Assembly: GCA_964629815.1 (NCBI GenBank)
Contig: CAZVTA010000002.1
Location: forward strand, 2,096-66,095
Length of the DNA stretch: 64,000 bases
Reading direction: 5' to 3'
DNA from: an uncultured Candidatus Saccharibacteria bacterium
Lineage (GTDB): Bacteria > Patescibacteriota > Saccharimonadia > Saccharimonadales > AWTP1-31
In this document: positions 29,046-37,109 of the stretch, piece by piece
How positions within the stretch are numbered: position 1 is the stretch's first letter
Layout of the letters: every line of letters begins with the position of its first letter
Notes under the pieces: generated by a model
Databases searched by the model: none
Told to the model about the DNA's origin: nothing
Seen by the model: the letters and a program-made list of their open reading frames with translations, nothing else
Position numbers and translations under genes: made by a program

Positions 29046-29402
29046 TTAACGAAGTACGAGTAGTGCGTTACTAATAATAATCGAAAGAATTAATAAAATG
29101 CTTGCCATACACAATATTAAAAGACCGTACGCACGCTTGTGTACATATATTCTCCAGGCTAAGATCGAAAATAATATACAGACCACTACAGAAAAAACCG
29201 CAAATGACAAAAGATCTATACCACCCCCACCCTTGTAGGCGCTAATGCCTAGGTTCGCACGATACTGGACAATGTAACCCCCAGAGCGAGAAGCATCGAG
29301 CCGTAGCAGCACCAAGAGCGCAGAAAGCACAACTAAAAAACCGTTGGCGCTTAGTAAAGCCAGTGCGACCTTATCGTGCAAAAACTTTTTTGGCGTTGCC
29401 AT
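29046..29402 (-). CDS. Hypothetical integral membrane protein (118 aa)
   Basis: Three to four hydrophobic segments. Ends 2 nt upstream of the GT2 gene start, in the same operon. Confidence 0.5.
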   Translation of the reverse strand: MATPKKFLHDKVALALLSANGFLVVLSALLVLLRLDASRSGGYIVQYRANLGISAYKGGGGIDLLSFAVFSVVVCILFSILAWRIYVHKRAYGLLILCMASILLILSIIISNALLVLR

Positions 29403-29422
29403 ATATATGTATTCTACACACT

Positions 29423-30346
29423 TTAGTGCTCATCACCAAGGATAGTCATTTGCGCTACACGCAAGAATTCCCAGAAATTTGGCCACGATTTTGCCACCGC
29501 ACCCGGGTAAACAAACGCTGCTTGTAAACCTTCGGTTATTGCAAGCATGGCGACCACCTGAACAACACGATGATCTTTCGACACGACTGTCTCGCCTCGG
29601 CGCATGAGCGCAATCATTTCTGGAGTGTCGGCTATTCTATTGCTTTCGTGCCCAACCAATGCAGGAAAACGCTCAAAACCCTCTTGTGCGCTCATAAGTC
29701 CAAACGCGTGAGCAAAAGGAAAATCTTCTGCCTGCTCTACTACAAACTCATTTACGGGCAGCTGTGCAAGCTTTCGTAAAAAGTACTGCGCCTGCCCCGC
29801 AATAGTTCTATCTTGGCGTGGCGACCAACTTTCACCCTCTTTATATAACGCATGCCATTCATCCCAGGTATCGTACGTAATCTGTAGTTTAAATGGAACG
29901 CCCTCTGTCATTCTTTCTTTTGAACCATCTAAAACAGCCGCTGTTGCCCACTGAGAAGTATCTCCTGGCAACTGTAGCAACTCTCGTTGGCTAGCACATT
30001 GCATCACCTCATCCTTTTCTGGCATGGGCCTGTTTATAAGCGTGCCCTCCTTTACAAATTCAACCGGCCATTCGTGCTTCCACCCTAAGTACTGAAAAAT
30101 ACGATAGACCGTCCCAGACTCACCTACCGATACAACCGTCTTTTCATCCAGCAAATCAGCGATGACACCACGCACCACACGAACGTCGTCCGCGGCATTG
30201 GGTATAGCATCGATAACGCTCAATGCGTTCTGTGCATCACCATATAAATAATCCATCGTTGCCATACGGATTGCGTGCGACTTATCGATGGGCACATACT
30301 CGTTACAGAGTGTCTGAATAGTGTGTTCGAGGGAGGGACTGGTCAT
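29423..30346 (-). CDS. Short EPSP-synthase (AroA/EPT-fold)-like protein
   Basis: About 307 aa from MTSPSLEH; the ORF track start is 30376. IDKSHAIRMATM resembles the N-terminal DKS..R motif and GESGTVYRIF resembles GN(A/S)GT..R. The C-terminus HESNRIADT...KDHRVVQVVAML...AVAKSWPNFWEFL parallels E. coli AroA KETDRL...NDHRMAMCFSL...CTAKTFPDYFEQL. It is about 120 aa shorter than AroA. Confidence 0.5.
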   Translation of the reverse strand: MTSPSLEHTIQTLCNEYVPIDKSHAIRMATMDYLYGDAQNALSVIDAIPNAADDVRVVRGVIADLLDEKTVVSVGESGTVYRIFQYLGWKHEWPVEFVKEGTLINRPMPEKDEVMQCASQRELLQLPGDTSQWATAAVLDGSKERMTEGVPFKLQITYDTWDEWHALYKEGESWSPRQDRTIAGQAQYFLRKLAQLPVNEFVVEQAEDFPFAHAFGLMSAQEGFERFPALVGHESNRIADTPEMIALMRRGETVVSKDHRVVQVVAMLAITEGLQAAFVYPGAVAKSWPNFWEFLRVAQMTILGDEH

Positions 30347-30441
30347 GGGCGGCTTGGTGCGAAATACGAGAATCAAACTCGTGCCTCTTGCTTGGGAAGC
30401 AAGCGTACTATCATTATACTAATCTCGCAGATTTCGTTCAG

Positions 30442-30517
<76 letters not shown>

Positions 30518-30546
30518 ATATATGCTTATATCTGTTAGCATATATA

Positions 30547-30575
30547 TTCTAACAGATTGCATATATCGTCAATAT
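30547..30575 (+). promoter_or_regulatory. Promoter of tRNA-Asp (TTGCAT-17-TAAAAT)
   Basis: TTGCAT at 30547-30552, a 17 nt spacer, TAAAAT at 30570-30575. Confidence 0.45.
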
Positions 30576-30601
30576 CTGATAAAATTTCATGGTTCTGGCC
30601 T

Positions 30602-30679
30602 GGGCTCGTGGTGTAGCTGGCCTAACACGCCTCCCTGTCACGGAGGAGATCGCCGGTTCGAATCCGGTCGGGCCCGCCA
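30602..30679 (+). tRNA. tRNA-Asp (anticodon GTC), CCA encoded
   Basis: GGGCTCG acceptor arm, anticodon arm CCTCC-CTGTCAC-GGAGG, T-arm GCCGG-TTCGAAT-CCGGT, ends CGGGCCCGCCA. Confidence 0.95.
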
Positions 30680-30687
30680 TACAAAGT

Positions 30688-30712
30688 GCCCCATCGAAAG
30701 ATGGGGCTTTTT
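30688..30712 (+). terminator. Terminator after tRNA-Asp
   Basis: GCCCCATC-GAAA-GATGGGGC followed by TTTTT. Confidence 0.7.
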
Positions 30713-30839
30713 GTATGACCAGTCAGTCGGATTTGAGCCGGAGATCAGCGAACAAAGTGAGCCTAGATCGCCGATTCGTACAGGACTGAGCGTGCAGATG
30801 CTTGCATCGAAAAGCGAAGTCCGTGCAAGCGAAGCGCAA

Positions 30840-30855
30840 CCGGTCGGGCCCACCA
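30840..30855 (+). repeat. Direct repeat of the tRNA-Asp 3' end (att-like scar)
   Basis: CCGGTCGGGCCCACCA matches tRNA-Asp 30664-30679 (CCGGTCGGGCCCGCCA) at 15/16. A degenerate T-arm-like piece AGATCGCCGATTCGTACAGG lies at about 30768-30790. Confidence 0.6.
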
Positions 30856-30894
30856 GCATAGACAATTTCAACTTTATGTGGTATTGTTAATTTT

Positions 30895-31551
30895 ATGAGT
30901 TACACTTGGCCACTGTCAGGAGAGATTTATGCGTCAGGTTCGCCCGAAGAAAGAATTGCCATGGCAACCTACGGAGATCTAGAGCGATGCGCGATTGACC
31001 TCTACCGCAAGTTAGCAGGTGCCGTGGAAGACTCTGCTGAACAATTAGATTTTGGCGAAACTGCCATAGATATTGGATCGAGAGACGGCCGATATATCCC
31101 GGTAATAAAGGAGTTCGGATTCTCGGCAATCACTGCTGTTGACCCTTCTGCTGAGGCTATTGCTAAGGGTCGCGTAAATGGATTATTCAAAAATGTCAAC
31201 GTAGTACAAGGCACGCTTGAGGATTTGGTAGCTACTTCGAATCAGGACCTGGATAGTGCCTTTTTATTTAATCTGGCCCCCGATTTGCCCCGTAAACCAG
31301 AGTTTATATCTGCATTATTGGAATCCGTTAAACCTGGAGGTCTGGTCATAAGTAGTTTCGTAGAACTTGAGACCGCTAGAACGTTTGCTACAACAGCGTA
31401 CGGACGAGGGTTGTTAGAACCAGTAAAGAAAAAGCCCCGCTACCAAGATGAGTCTTATGTAATTTACCGCCAAAATCCAGAAAATCAACATACATCGACA
31501 ATAAATGGTTGGCTGGGCATTGGAAGAAAAAGCAGTATGAGTTCTTTTTAG
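30895..31551 (+). CDS. Putative class I SAM-dependent methyltransferase
   Basis: 218 aa. Motif I-like AIDIGSRDGRY, an acidic residue at the end of strand 2 (ITAVDPS), and post-I/II-like VKPGGLVISSF. The extended -10 TGGTATTGT lies 7 nt upstream of the ATG. Confidence 0.45.
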   Translation: MSYTWPLSGEIYASGSPEERIAMATYGDLERCAIDLYRKLAGAVEDSAEQLDFGETAIDIGSRDGRYIPVIKEFGFSAITAVDPSAEAIAKGRVNGLFKNVNVVQGTLEDLVATSNQDLDSAFLFNLAPDLPRKPEFISALLESVKPGGLVISSFVELETARTFATTAYGRGLLEPVKKKPRYQDESYVIYRQNPENQHTSTINGWLGIGRKSSMSSF

Positions 31552-31584
31552 GAATTTGTAACATAATTGAACTAAGGAATCTTT

Positions 31585-31833
31585 ATGACAGAAAATCAAC
31601 CCGACCCACAAGCAGGCATAAAAGAAGTTAATCGCCTGCAAGAGGCAATAGAAGCCACATACGACGGTACTCTACCCCCAGAAGAGGCAGGAACATTTGT
31701 AAATATAATCGGCAGGACTGTAGCCGAAGAAGCATTCGGAATATGCGACTATCCGAGCTACTGCAAATTTTATGGCGATAATCCGAGCTTTTGTGACAGA
31801 AGCTGCGATGAGTCTGTTTGGGATCAGGTCTAA
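31585..31833 (+). CDS. Hypothetical protein (82 aa) with a Cys-rich C-terminus
   Basis: The SD AAGGA lies upstream. The C-terminus is GICDYPSYCKFYGDNPSFCDRSCDES. No signal peptide. Confidence 0.4.
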   Translation: MTENQPDPQAGIKEVNRLQEAIEATYDGTLPPEEAGTFVNIIGRTVAEEAFGICDYPSYCKFYGDNPSFCDRSCDESVWDQV

Positions 31834-32207
31834 ACGATTCGCCAAATGTCAGATTCATACCAGAAGAGACGCACTTAGCGCTTACGCGGCTACGCGACGA
31901 GCTTGCAGCATACGACCCAGATGTTTTGTCGCTGGATTTAAACGATCCAGATATGGCTATATCTTTGTTCATCGTAGCTGCAGTATTACGTGGTAAAAAA
32001 ATAGATATAGTCAAAACCGATAAAAACGGCAGGACCGAAACACTATCCTTTCATCCTCTAGACTCTGATGATAGCGGTAACCCAAATTCTGAACTTGCAT
32101 TTAGTAGCCCAGATGACACGCTTTCACCCTTTACTGCAGAAATTGTCGCACTCATACTACAACCCCAGCTTGATGCCGAAATCAGTCAACTCTTTACCCA
32201 AGAGTAG
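31818..32207 (+). CDS. Hypothetical acidic protein (129 aa, alternative start)
   Basis: The ORF overlaps the previous gene by 16 nt in another frame. No motif recognised. Confidence 0.35.
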   Translation: MGSGLNDSPNVRFIPEETHLALTRLRDELAAYDPDVLSLDLNDPDMAISLFIVAAVLRGKKIDIVKTDKNGRTETLSFHPLDSDDSGNPNSELAFSSPDDTLSPFTAEIVALILQPQLDAEISQLFTQE

Positions 32208-32342
32208 AAATACTAATTGCGCATCATTCTTGCTGCGAGTGAATGACTTCAGCGTATAATCCACGCATGAGGCATTGTAGCCACACAAATTCGTAAATGC
32301 TTATGCTTGCTTGACAGCCAGTTTTAGCTAAAATGATCTAGA

Positions 32343-32657
32343 ATGATATTGCCCGACGAAACTCTCTACAAACGCCTTGAAGCTATGCCTGGCCCACCCA
32401 ATAACGAAATTGTTTGGCATTTATGCACTGCGCCAAGGCACCAGAGATGCGCCCAAAGAGCAGGATCTCTTGCTATTGTTTACTACGATGCTCCCCACAT
32501 TCCCGAAGTTGAAAATGAAGAATATTTTCTTATGAGACTACATCCACCCAGCAATAAGGTCCTACCCTTTATGCCCGAGTTCGGCTTTGTGCGCCTACCC
32601 TCTGCAACATCATTCCCCTTCTCGACAGTATGGTCTTCTCGACAAGAAACACTCTGA
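32343..32657 (+). CDS. Hypothetical protein (104 aa)
   Basis: Intact ORF. No motif recognised. Confidence 0.35.
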   Translation: MILPDETLYKRLEAMPGPPNNEIVWHLCTAPRHQRCAQRAGSLAIVYYDAPHIPEVENEEYFLMRLHPPSNKVLPFMPEFGFVRLPSATSFPFSTVWSSRQETL

Positions 32658-32770
32658 CATTTTAAGATAATCATCGAAAGGTTTATGCGATCATCTTTTA
32701 GAAACATCAGTCGCAATCTTGAAGCGTTTTGCTTTATGTTTTTCCTGCTCTTTCACTTATAATACAGGTT

Positions 32771-33403
32771 ATGCTTTTGGGAACGAGACAGTCTTCGGCA
32801 AAGACGGTGATTTACTCGGTTTTTACACTGACACTTCTGTGGCTTGGTGTTTTTTGTCTTCGAGCTCCAACTGCATTTGCAGCAAGAGTTAACTTTACGC
32901 CCAGCACCATCGCCCTGAACGAAGGGCAATCGCAAACAATCTCAATAACTCTAAGTGAACCAATAGTAGCACCCGGACCTGACCCAGCATATGTAGAACT
33001 TCCATTAACCTCCTCGAATCCAGGCAGGCTTTCTATAAGCCCTTCGTCGATAAATTATACAGCTGGTCAGTGGAGTCAGACTAAAACTTTTACCATAACA
33101 GCCATAGATGACTCGCTTGATAATGGCGATACAGTAGTCACGCTCAGTAGTACAACTAATTCGAACTCAGAATTCTATAGTAACTTTGTCGCAAGTAGCC
33201 AAATAACTATCATTGATAATGACGAGGCCTCCGTAACTGAGAATAATCACGAAACTACCACCTCGCCTACGAGCACTCAGTCACAGACCAACCAACTCGC
33301 AGAAACTGGCAGTAATACTTCCCATGTTCTACGGTTTCTTTCATGGTCAATTATTATTTCTATGCTAGTTCTGTTGGTTTTCAGAAATCAATTGCAGCAA
33401 TAA
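32771..33403 (+). CDS. Sortase-anchored surface protein with a Calx-beta-like domain
   Basis: Start taken at MLLGTRQ; the ORF track gives a TTG start at 32729. Signal peptide ends AFA-AR. FTPSTIALNEGQSQTISITLSEP...TKTFTITAIDDSLDNGDTVVTL resembles Calx-beta. The C-terminus has LAETG, then a hydrophobic segment, then a basic residue. Confidence 0.6.
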   Translation: MLLGTRQSSAKTVIYSVFTLTLLWLGVFCLRAPTAFAARVNFTPSTIALNEGQSQTISITLSEPIVAPGPDPAYVELPLTSSNPGRLSISPSSINYTAGQWSQTKTFTITAIDDSLDNGDTVVTLSSTTNSNSEFYSNFVASSQITIIDNDEASVTENNHETTTSPTSTQSQTNQLAETGSNTSHVLRFLSWSIIISMLVLLVFRNQLQQ

Positions 33404-33443
33404 TTCTGGTAGCGCAAAACTATTGTTTGCTATAATCCGTGCT

Positions 33444-33575
33444 ATGAATACATTGGCACACTACACAGGAAACCCACACGTGGCACACAGCGGCGAGTAC
33501 TTATGGGTACTGGCGCTTGTAGTAGTCTTGCTCTTGGGCGTCGTAGCTGTCATCAGCCACAACAATAAAGATTAG
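33444..33575 (+). CDS. Possible small membrane protein (43 aa), leaderless
   Basis: Not in the ORF track because it is under 60 aa. The extended -10 TGCTATAAT ends 7 nt before the ATG. The peptide is MNTLAHYTGNPHVAHSGEYLWVLALVVVLLLGVVAVISHNNKD, with one TM segment. Confidence 0.35.
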   Translation: MNTLAHYTGNPHVAHSGEYLWVLALVVVLLLGVVAVISHNNKD

Positions 33576-33602
33576 TTTGTACTAATCTTGTACTCACTCA
33601 TC

Positions 33603-34676
33603 TTACAGCTTGATGAATAACCTCGCCTTTTCTCTATCTTTGAGGTCATTGACATAGTCGTTAATGTCTTTAAAAGTGAACACAATATGTGCACCCTTAA
33701 TTTTGTCTCCCTGGTTTTCTAGGTTTTTAACTATTTCTAGACGATGCCGGCCAGTCGACAAATCGTCTGACTGAAACACACTTGAATAGCTGCCCTGCTG
33801 TAATGCAAATAACGATTGTACAGTTTGCGGAGAAACATCTGCACTATTTTTTGCAATAACACCAAACTCTCCGCCTGAATCTTTAGTAGCATCTTCATCT
33901 GAATATTTTTTTGCGACGGCAGCAAAATCTGCACCCGCCTGCAACTCGGCGATAGCCGCCTTTGCTCGTTCGGAAGTTGCTGTATCAAGCTTTGCAACGA
34001 CCTTTTTAGCCAACAACTGTTGTTTTATTGTTCGACGAAAGTCATCAACCGACCATCCAAAACTCTCTTTAAGCGTATCCTTAAATGCTTGTTCATTGCC
34101 GCCAATACGGTTCTGATTGCGTATTAGCGTAATTTCGTCGTCTACCTCTCTATCACTTACCGAAATGTCATTACGTTCTGCTAATTGTTTTACATAGGCA
34201 TCACCCACGACAATATCAAGCGCTCGCTTTTTAAAGTCTTCAAGCTGCTGCTTACCGGCATCGTTATTGAAATCAAGTTTCTGCTGGTTCTTATAGAAGT
34301 GAATATAATGCTTGAGTTCAAATAAATAATTCTCGTACGCTACGTAGTCTGAACCAGCTTTTGCCACCGGAAACGGTAGTACCTGTGTTACACGATAAAG
34401 AAATGTAGAATATGATTTCATCTTGTAAAGCGCGAGAGTAGTGTATGTAAAAAAACCTATAAATATCGCGATAAAAATGGAGGTAGAAATAAATACAATC
34501 CTGTGTTTTGAGTGCTGGAGCGGATAGATGTACTTGCGCGCGCTCGACAGCACCTCTTCACGATGCTCTGAAACTGTCTCGTTAGTTATCCGAGGAGCCT
34601 GACTGATTGCCTCCTCAATATTCAAACGCTTCTTACGAAACGAAGGTTTCTTTATCTTTTTAACAAGCTTTTTCAT
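33603..34676 (-). CDS. Membrane-anchored parvulin-type peptidyl-prolyl isomerase (PrsA/SurA/PpiD-like)
   Basis: 357 aa with an N-terminal TM and a SurA-N-like helical region. The PpiC-type segment is AGADFAAVAKKYSDEDATKDSGGEFGVI. Confidence 0.6.
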   Translation of the reverse strand: MKKLVKKIKKPSFRKKRLNIEEAISQAPRITNETVSEHREEVLSSARKYIYPLQHSKHRIVFISTSIFIAIFIGFFTYTTLALYKMKSYSTFLYRVTQVLPFPVAKAGSDYVAYENYLFELKHYIHFYKNQQKLDFNNDAGKQQLEDFKKRALDIVVGDAYVKQLAERNDISVSDREVDDEITLIRNQNRIGGNEQAFKDTLKESFGWSVDDFRRTIKQQLLAKKVVAKLDTATSERAKAAIAELQAGADFAAVAKKYSDEDATKDSGGEFGVIAKNSADVSPQTVQSLFALQQGSYSSVFQSDDLSTGRHRLEIVKNLENQGDKIKGAHIVFTFKDINDYVNDLKDREKARLFIKL

Positions 34677-35245
34677 TTTTCCCTTCCCTCTGCAGCATTT
34701 ACTTCTATTGGCTCTTTACCGTCTATTTCTTCGGCAATAATACCTTGGTCACGCAGAATCTGTGATATTTTTTTTATAACTTTTGCCGGGTGGTAAACCT
34801 CGTGTACAACCAAATCACCCATGTAAGTCTGCAATACTATTGTACCAAAACCGAGCAGAGTTGCTTGCAAGCCGCGGATCTGATAGTTCGTTGACTGTAT
34901 CTTTGCTAGTCCCAGATCAACCACACTCCGGCTAAAAAGCCCCTTTTGAGTAATCTGAATGAGTCGCTGATCGGTAACAACAAAAACACTGTAGTACCAA
35001 CTAATCCATGACGGGAAAAACATAAGCATACCAAGCAATACGCCAACTCCTAACCCACCAAAAAAAGCCCCAAAACCCAATTCAGGCTTTGCAGCAGCCG
35101 GCAATACGCCTATCAGAGGTCCCAGGCAGCCCAAAACAAGACCACGCCGCATAACAATAGGATGCTTGCGAAACACCAGTAACACCGACTCATCGTCAAA
35201 CTGATCTTCGAAATACTTCTTGCCAGAAGTATGTTTTTTTACCAT
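34673..35245 (-). CDS. Membrane protein with a bacterial PH domain (YdbS/YdbT-like)
   Basis: 190 aa. LLVFRKHPIVMRRG, then two TM segments, then VFVVTDQRLIQITQKGLFSRSVVDLGLAKIQ. Confidence 0.6.
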   Translation of the reverse strand: MVKKHTSGKKYFEDQFDDESVLLVFRKHPIVMRRGLVLGCLGPLIGVLPAAAKPELGFGAFFGGLGVGVLLGMLMFFPSWISWYYSVFVVTDQRLIQITQKGLFSRSVVDLGLAKIQSTNYQIRGLQATLLGFGTIVLQTYMGDLVVHEVYHPAKVIKKISQILRDQGIIAEEIDGKEPIEVNAAEGREK

Positions 35246-35276
35246 AAGAATATTGTACCTTAATTACGCGAATCTG

Positions 35277-35305
35277 TTGGCATTTTGTGCGTACCCCTAT
35301 AAAAT
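35277..35305 (+). promoter_or_regulatory. Promoter (TTGGCA-17-TAAAAT) upstream of the truncated tRNA-Arg copy
   Basis: TTGGCA at 35277-35282, a 17 nt spacer, TAAAAT at 35300-35305. The fragment starts 11 nt downstream. Confidence 0.45.
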
Positions 35306-35315
35306 AAGCGATTGA

Positions 35316-35350
35316 GGCCCGGTAGCTCAGCTGGATAGAGCGCCGCCGTC
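35316..35350 (+). repeat. Exact 35 nt duplicate of the tRNA-Arg 5' half
   Basis: GGCCCGGTAGCTCAGCTGGATAGAGCGCCGCCGTC is identical to 35439-35473. The copies diverge inside the anticodon loop. Confidence 0.85.
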
Positions 35351-35438
35351 AAATGACCCCACAAACCAATACCTAGCGCTAAGGTTTGCGGGGACCCCAA
35401 ATAGTTATATAATTACGCACATTCTTACATTACCGTTT

Positions 35439-35515
35439 GGCCCGGTAGCTCAGCTGGATAGAGCGCCGCCGTCCTAAGGCGGGCGTCGGGGGTTCGAATC
35501 CCTCCCGGGTCACCA
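35439..35515 (+). tRNA. tRNA-Arg (anticodon CCT), CCA encoded
   Basis: GGCCCGG acceptor arm, anticodon arm CCGCC-GTCCTAA-GGCGG, T-arm GGTTCGAATCC, ends CCGGGTCACCA. Confidence 0.93.
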
Positions 35516-35525
35516 CAAGAGTTTT

Positions 35526-35553
35526 AAAAACCCGCTCATACGAGCGGGTTTTG
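35526..35553. terminator. Bidirectional terminator between tRNA-Arg and convergent ndk
   Basis: AAAAACCCGCTC-ATAC-GAGCGGGTTTTG. Confidence 0.65.
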
Positions 35554-35563
35554 TGTTGGCCAT

Positions 35564-36121
35564 TTACGCAAAGGTATGTTGTTCGTGTACTGTCGAATAA
35601 GAATGCAGTTCTTCTTTTTTGAACCACATAGCAATTTCTTTCTCTGCCTCGTCAACCGCCCCTGAAGCGTGAATAAGGTTTGCGGCACCCTTCTTTGCCA
35701 TCGATGCACGACCAAGACTCAAATGCGCATAATCACCACGAATAGTACCAGGTGCAGAATCTTTTGGCCCAGTACTGCCAACCATTTTACGCACAATCTC
35801 TACCGCATGGCCACCCTCGAGCACCGCAGCTATAACAGGGCCACTTCGCATAAACTCTCGGGTAGAATCTACGATCATACGGCCAATCTCTTCTGCAGAC
35901 TCAGTATACTCAACGCCATAAGCATCCCAGTCATTTTTGGTTTTTTGACCAACGATTGGGACAAGCGAGTCTGGGTAATGGTCTTCGAGTAGTTTTTGCT
36001 CGGGCACAAGCATCTTCATGCCAACAATTTTAAGACCTGCTTTTTCAAAGCGCGTCAGTATTTCGCCAACCAAACCACGTTGTACTGCGTCAGGTTTGAG
36101 AATTATAAGTGTTTGTTCCAT
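35564..36121 (-). CDS. ndk: Nucleoside diphosphate kinase (long form)
   Basis: 185 aa. MEQTLIILKPDAVQRGLVGEILTRFEKAGLKIVGMKM, IRGDY, and NLIHASG holding the active-site His. Confidence 0.9.
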   Translation of the reverse strand: MEQTLIILKPDAVQRGLVGEILTRFEKAGLKIVGMKMLVPEQKLLEDHYPDSLVPIVGQKTKNDWDAYGVEYTESAEEIGRMIVDSTREFMRSGPVIAAVLEGGHAVEIVRKMVGSTGPKDSAPGTIRGDYAHLSLGRASMAKKGAANLIHASGAVDEAEKEIAMWFKKEELHSYSTVHEQHTFA

Positions 36122-36194
36122 ATCTTCCTTTTCGTTACAGGCATATTATAACAGATACCGTTACAAGTATGTCCCCGTGTCGTACAATATAGAC

Positions 36195-37109
36195 ATGTTA
36201 CTAAGCAAACTCAAAAACGAATTTCTAGAACACATGGAGATCGAGCAAAACCGCTCGCAAAAAACCATAACCAACTACGACCACTACCTAACAAGACTTA
36301 TCGATTATGCAGGCGATATACCCGTTTCTGGTATAGATATCGAGTTAGTACGTAAATGGAGATTATGGCTCAACCGGCTCGGCACAAATGTGTCAGATGA
36401 GCTGCAAAAAACCACTCAAAATTATCATCTTATAGCACTGCGTAGTTTTTTAAAATATTGTGCCAAACGCGATATTAAAACGCTGTCGGCCGACAAAATA
36501 GAGTTGGCGCGCACAAAACGAAAAGAAGTTACCTTTTTAACCCCAGAAGAAATAGAACGATTATTTGACCAACCCGATACAAACACATCTGCCGGTATGC
36601 GAGACCGCGCCATTATGGAGCTGCTTTTTAGCAGTGGGCTGCGTGTTTCTGAGCTCGTAAACCTCAACCGCGACCACATCAACCTAAAGCGCCGTGAATT
36701 TACCGTACGAGGTAAAGGACAGAAAGACCGGCCGATATTCATAAGTACTGAAGCGGCCGAGTGGATAAAAAAATACCTCGACAGCCGAACAGATGTATCA
36801 CAGCCATTGTTTATACGTGTTGGAGGCAAAAAACAAGAAGATCGTAGCGGCAACTATGCACGACTTACCGCCCGAAGTATTCAGCGTATGGTAGCACGCT
36901 ACGCCTTGCTCGCAGGCATAACAAAACACGTCTCACCCCATACATTACGACATAGTTTTGCTACAGACCTGCTGATGAATGGAGCCGATATTCGCTCGGT
37001 ACAAGCAATGCTTGGTCACAGCAATATCGCCACTACGCAGATATACACACACGTTACCGACCCGCACCTAAAGGCCATCCACGAAAAGTTTCACCACCGC
37101 AAAGACTAG
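36195..37109 (+). CDS. Tyrosine recombinase, XerC/XerD family
   Basis: Start moved to MLLSKLKNEF; the ORF track start at 36018 would overlap ndk. TACAAT lies 6 nt upstream. Contains RDRAIMELLFSSGLRVSELV, HTLRHSFATDLL, and LGHSNIATTQIYTHV with the catalytic Tyr. Confidence 0.88.
   Translation: MLLSKLKNEFLEHMEIEQNRSQKTITNYDHYLTRLIDYAGDIPVSGIDIELVRKWRLWLNRLGTNVSDELQKTTQNYHLIALRSFLKYCAKRDIKTLSADKIELARTKRKEVTFLTPEEIERLFDQPDTNTSAGMRDRAIMELLFSSGLRVSELVNLNRDHINLKRREFTVRGKGQKDRPIFISTEAAEWIKKYLDSRTDVSQPLFIRVGGKKQEDRSGNYARLTARSIQRMVARYALLAGITKHVSPHTLRHSFATDLLMNGADIRSVQAMLGHSNIATTQIYTHVTDPHLKAIHEKFHHRKD

Noticed and set aside
35316-35515. tRNA-Arg gene interrupted by an intron: 5' exon at 35316-35350 and 3' exon after 35473.
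   Set aside because: An intact, canonical, uninterrupted tRNA-Arg is present at 35439-35515. The upstream piece is therefore a duplicated fragment, not an exon.
36018-36194. Extended N-terminus of the recombinase ORF (start at 36018), which would overlap ndk on the opposite strand by about 100 nt.
   Set aside because: The extension has non-protein-like composition. The conserved Xer N-terminal domain begins at MLLSKLKNEF, and a -10 element sits 6 nt before that ATG.
36195-37109. The tyrosine recombinase acting as the integrase of an island comprising the pilus locus, given its position between tRNA-Arg with its duplication and the pilus operon.
   Set aside because: The sequence has the hallmarks of housekeeping XerC/XerD. 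The pilus locus is core-like, and I found no second att repeat downstream of it. The idea is mentioned only as a remote alternative.
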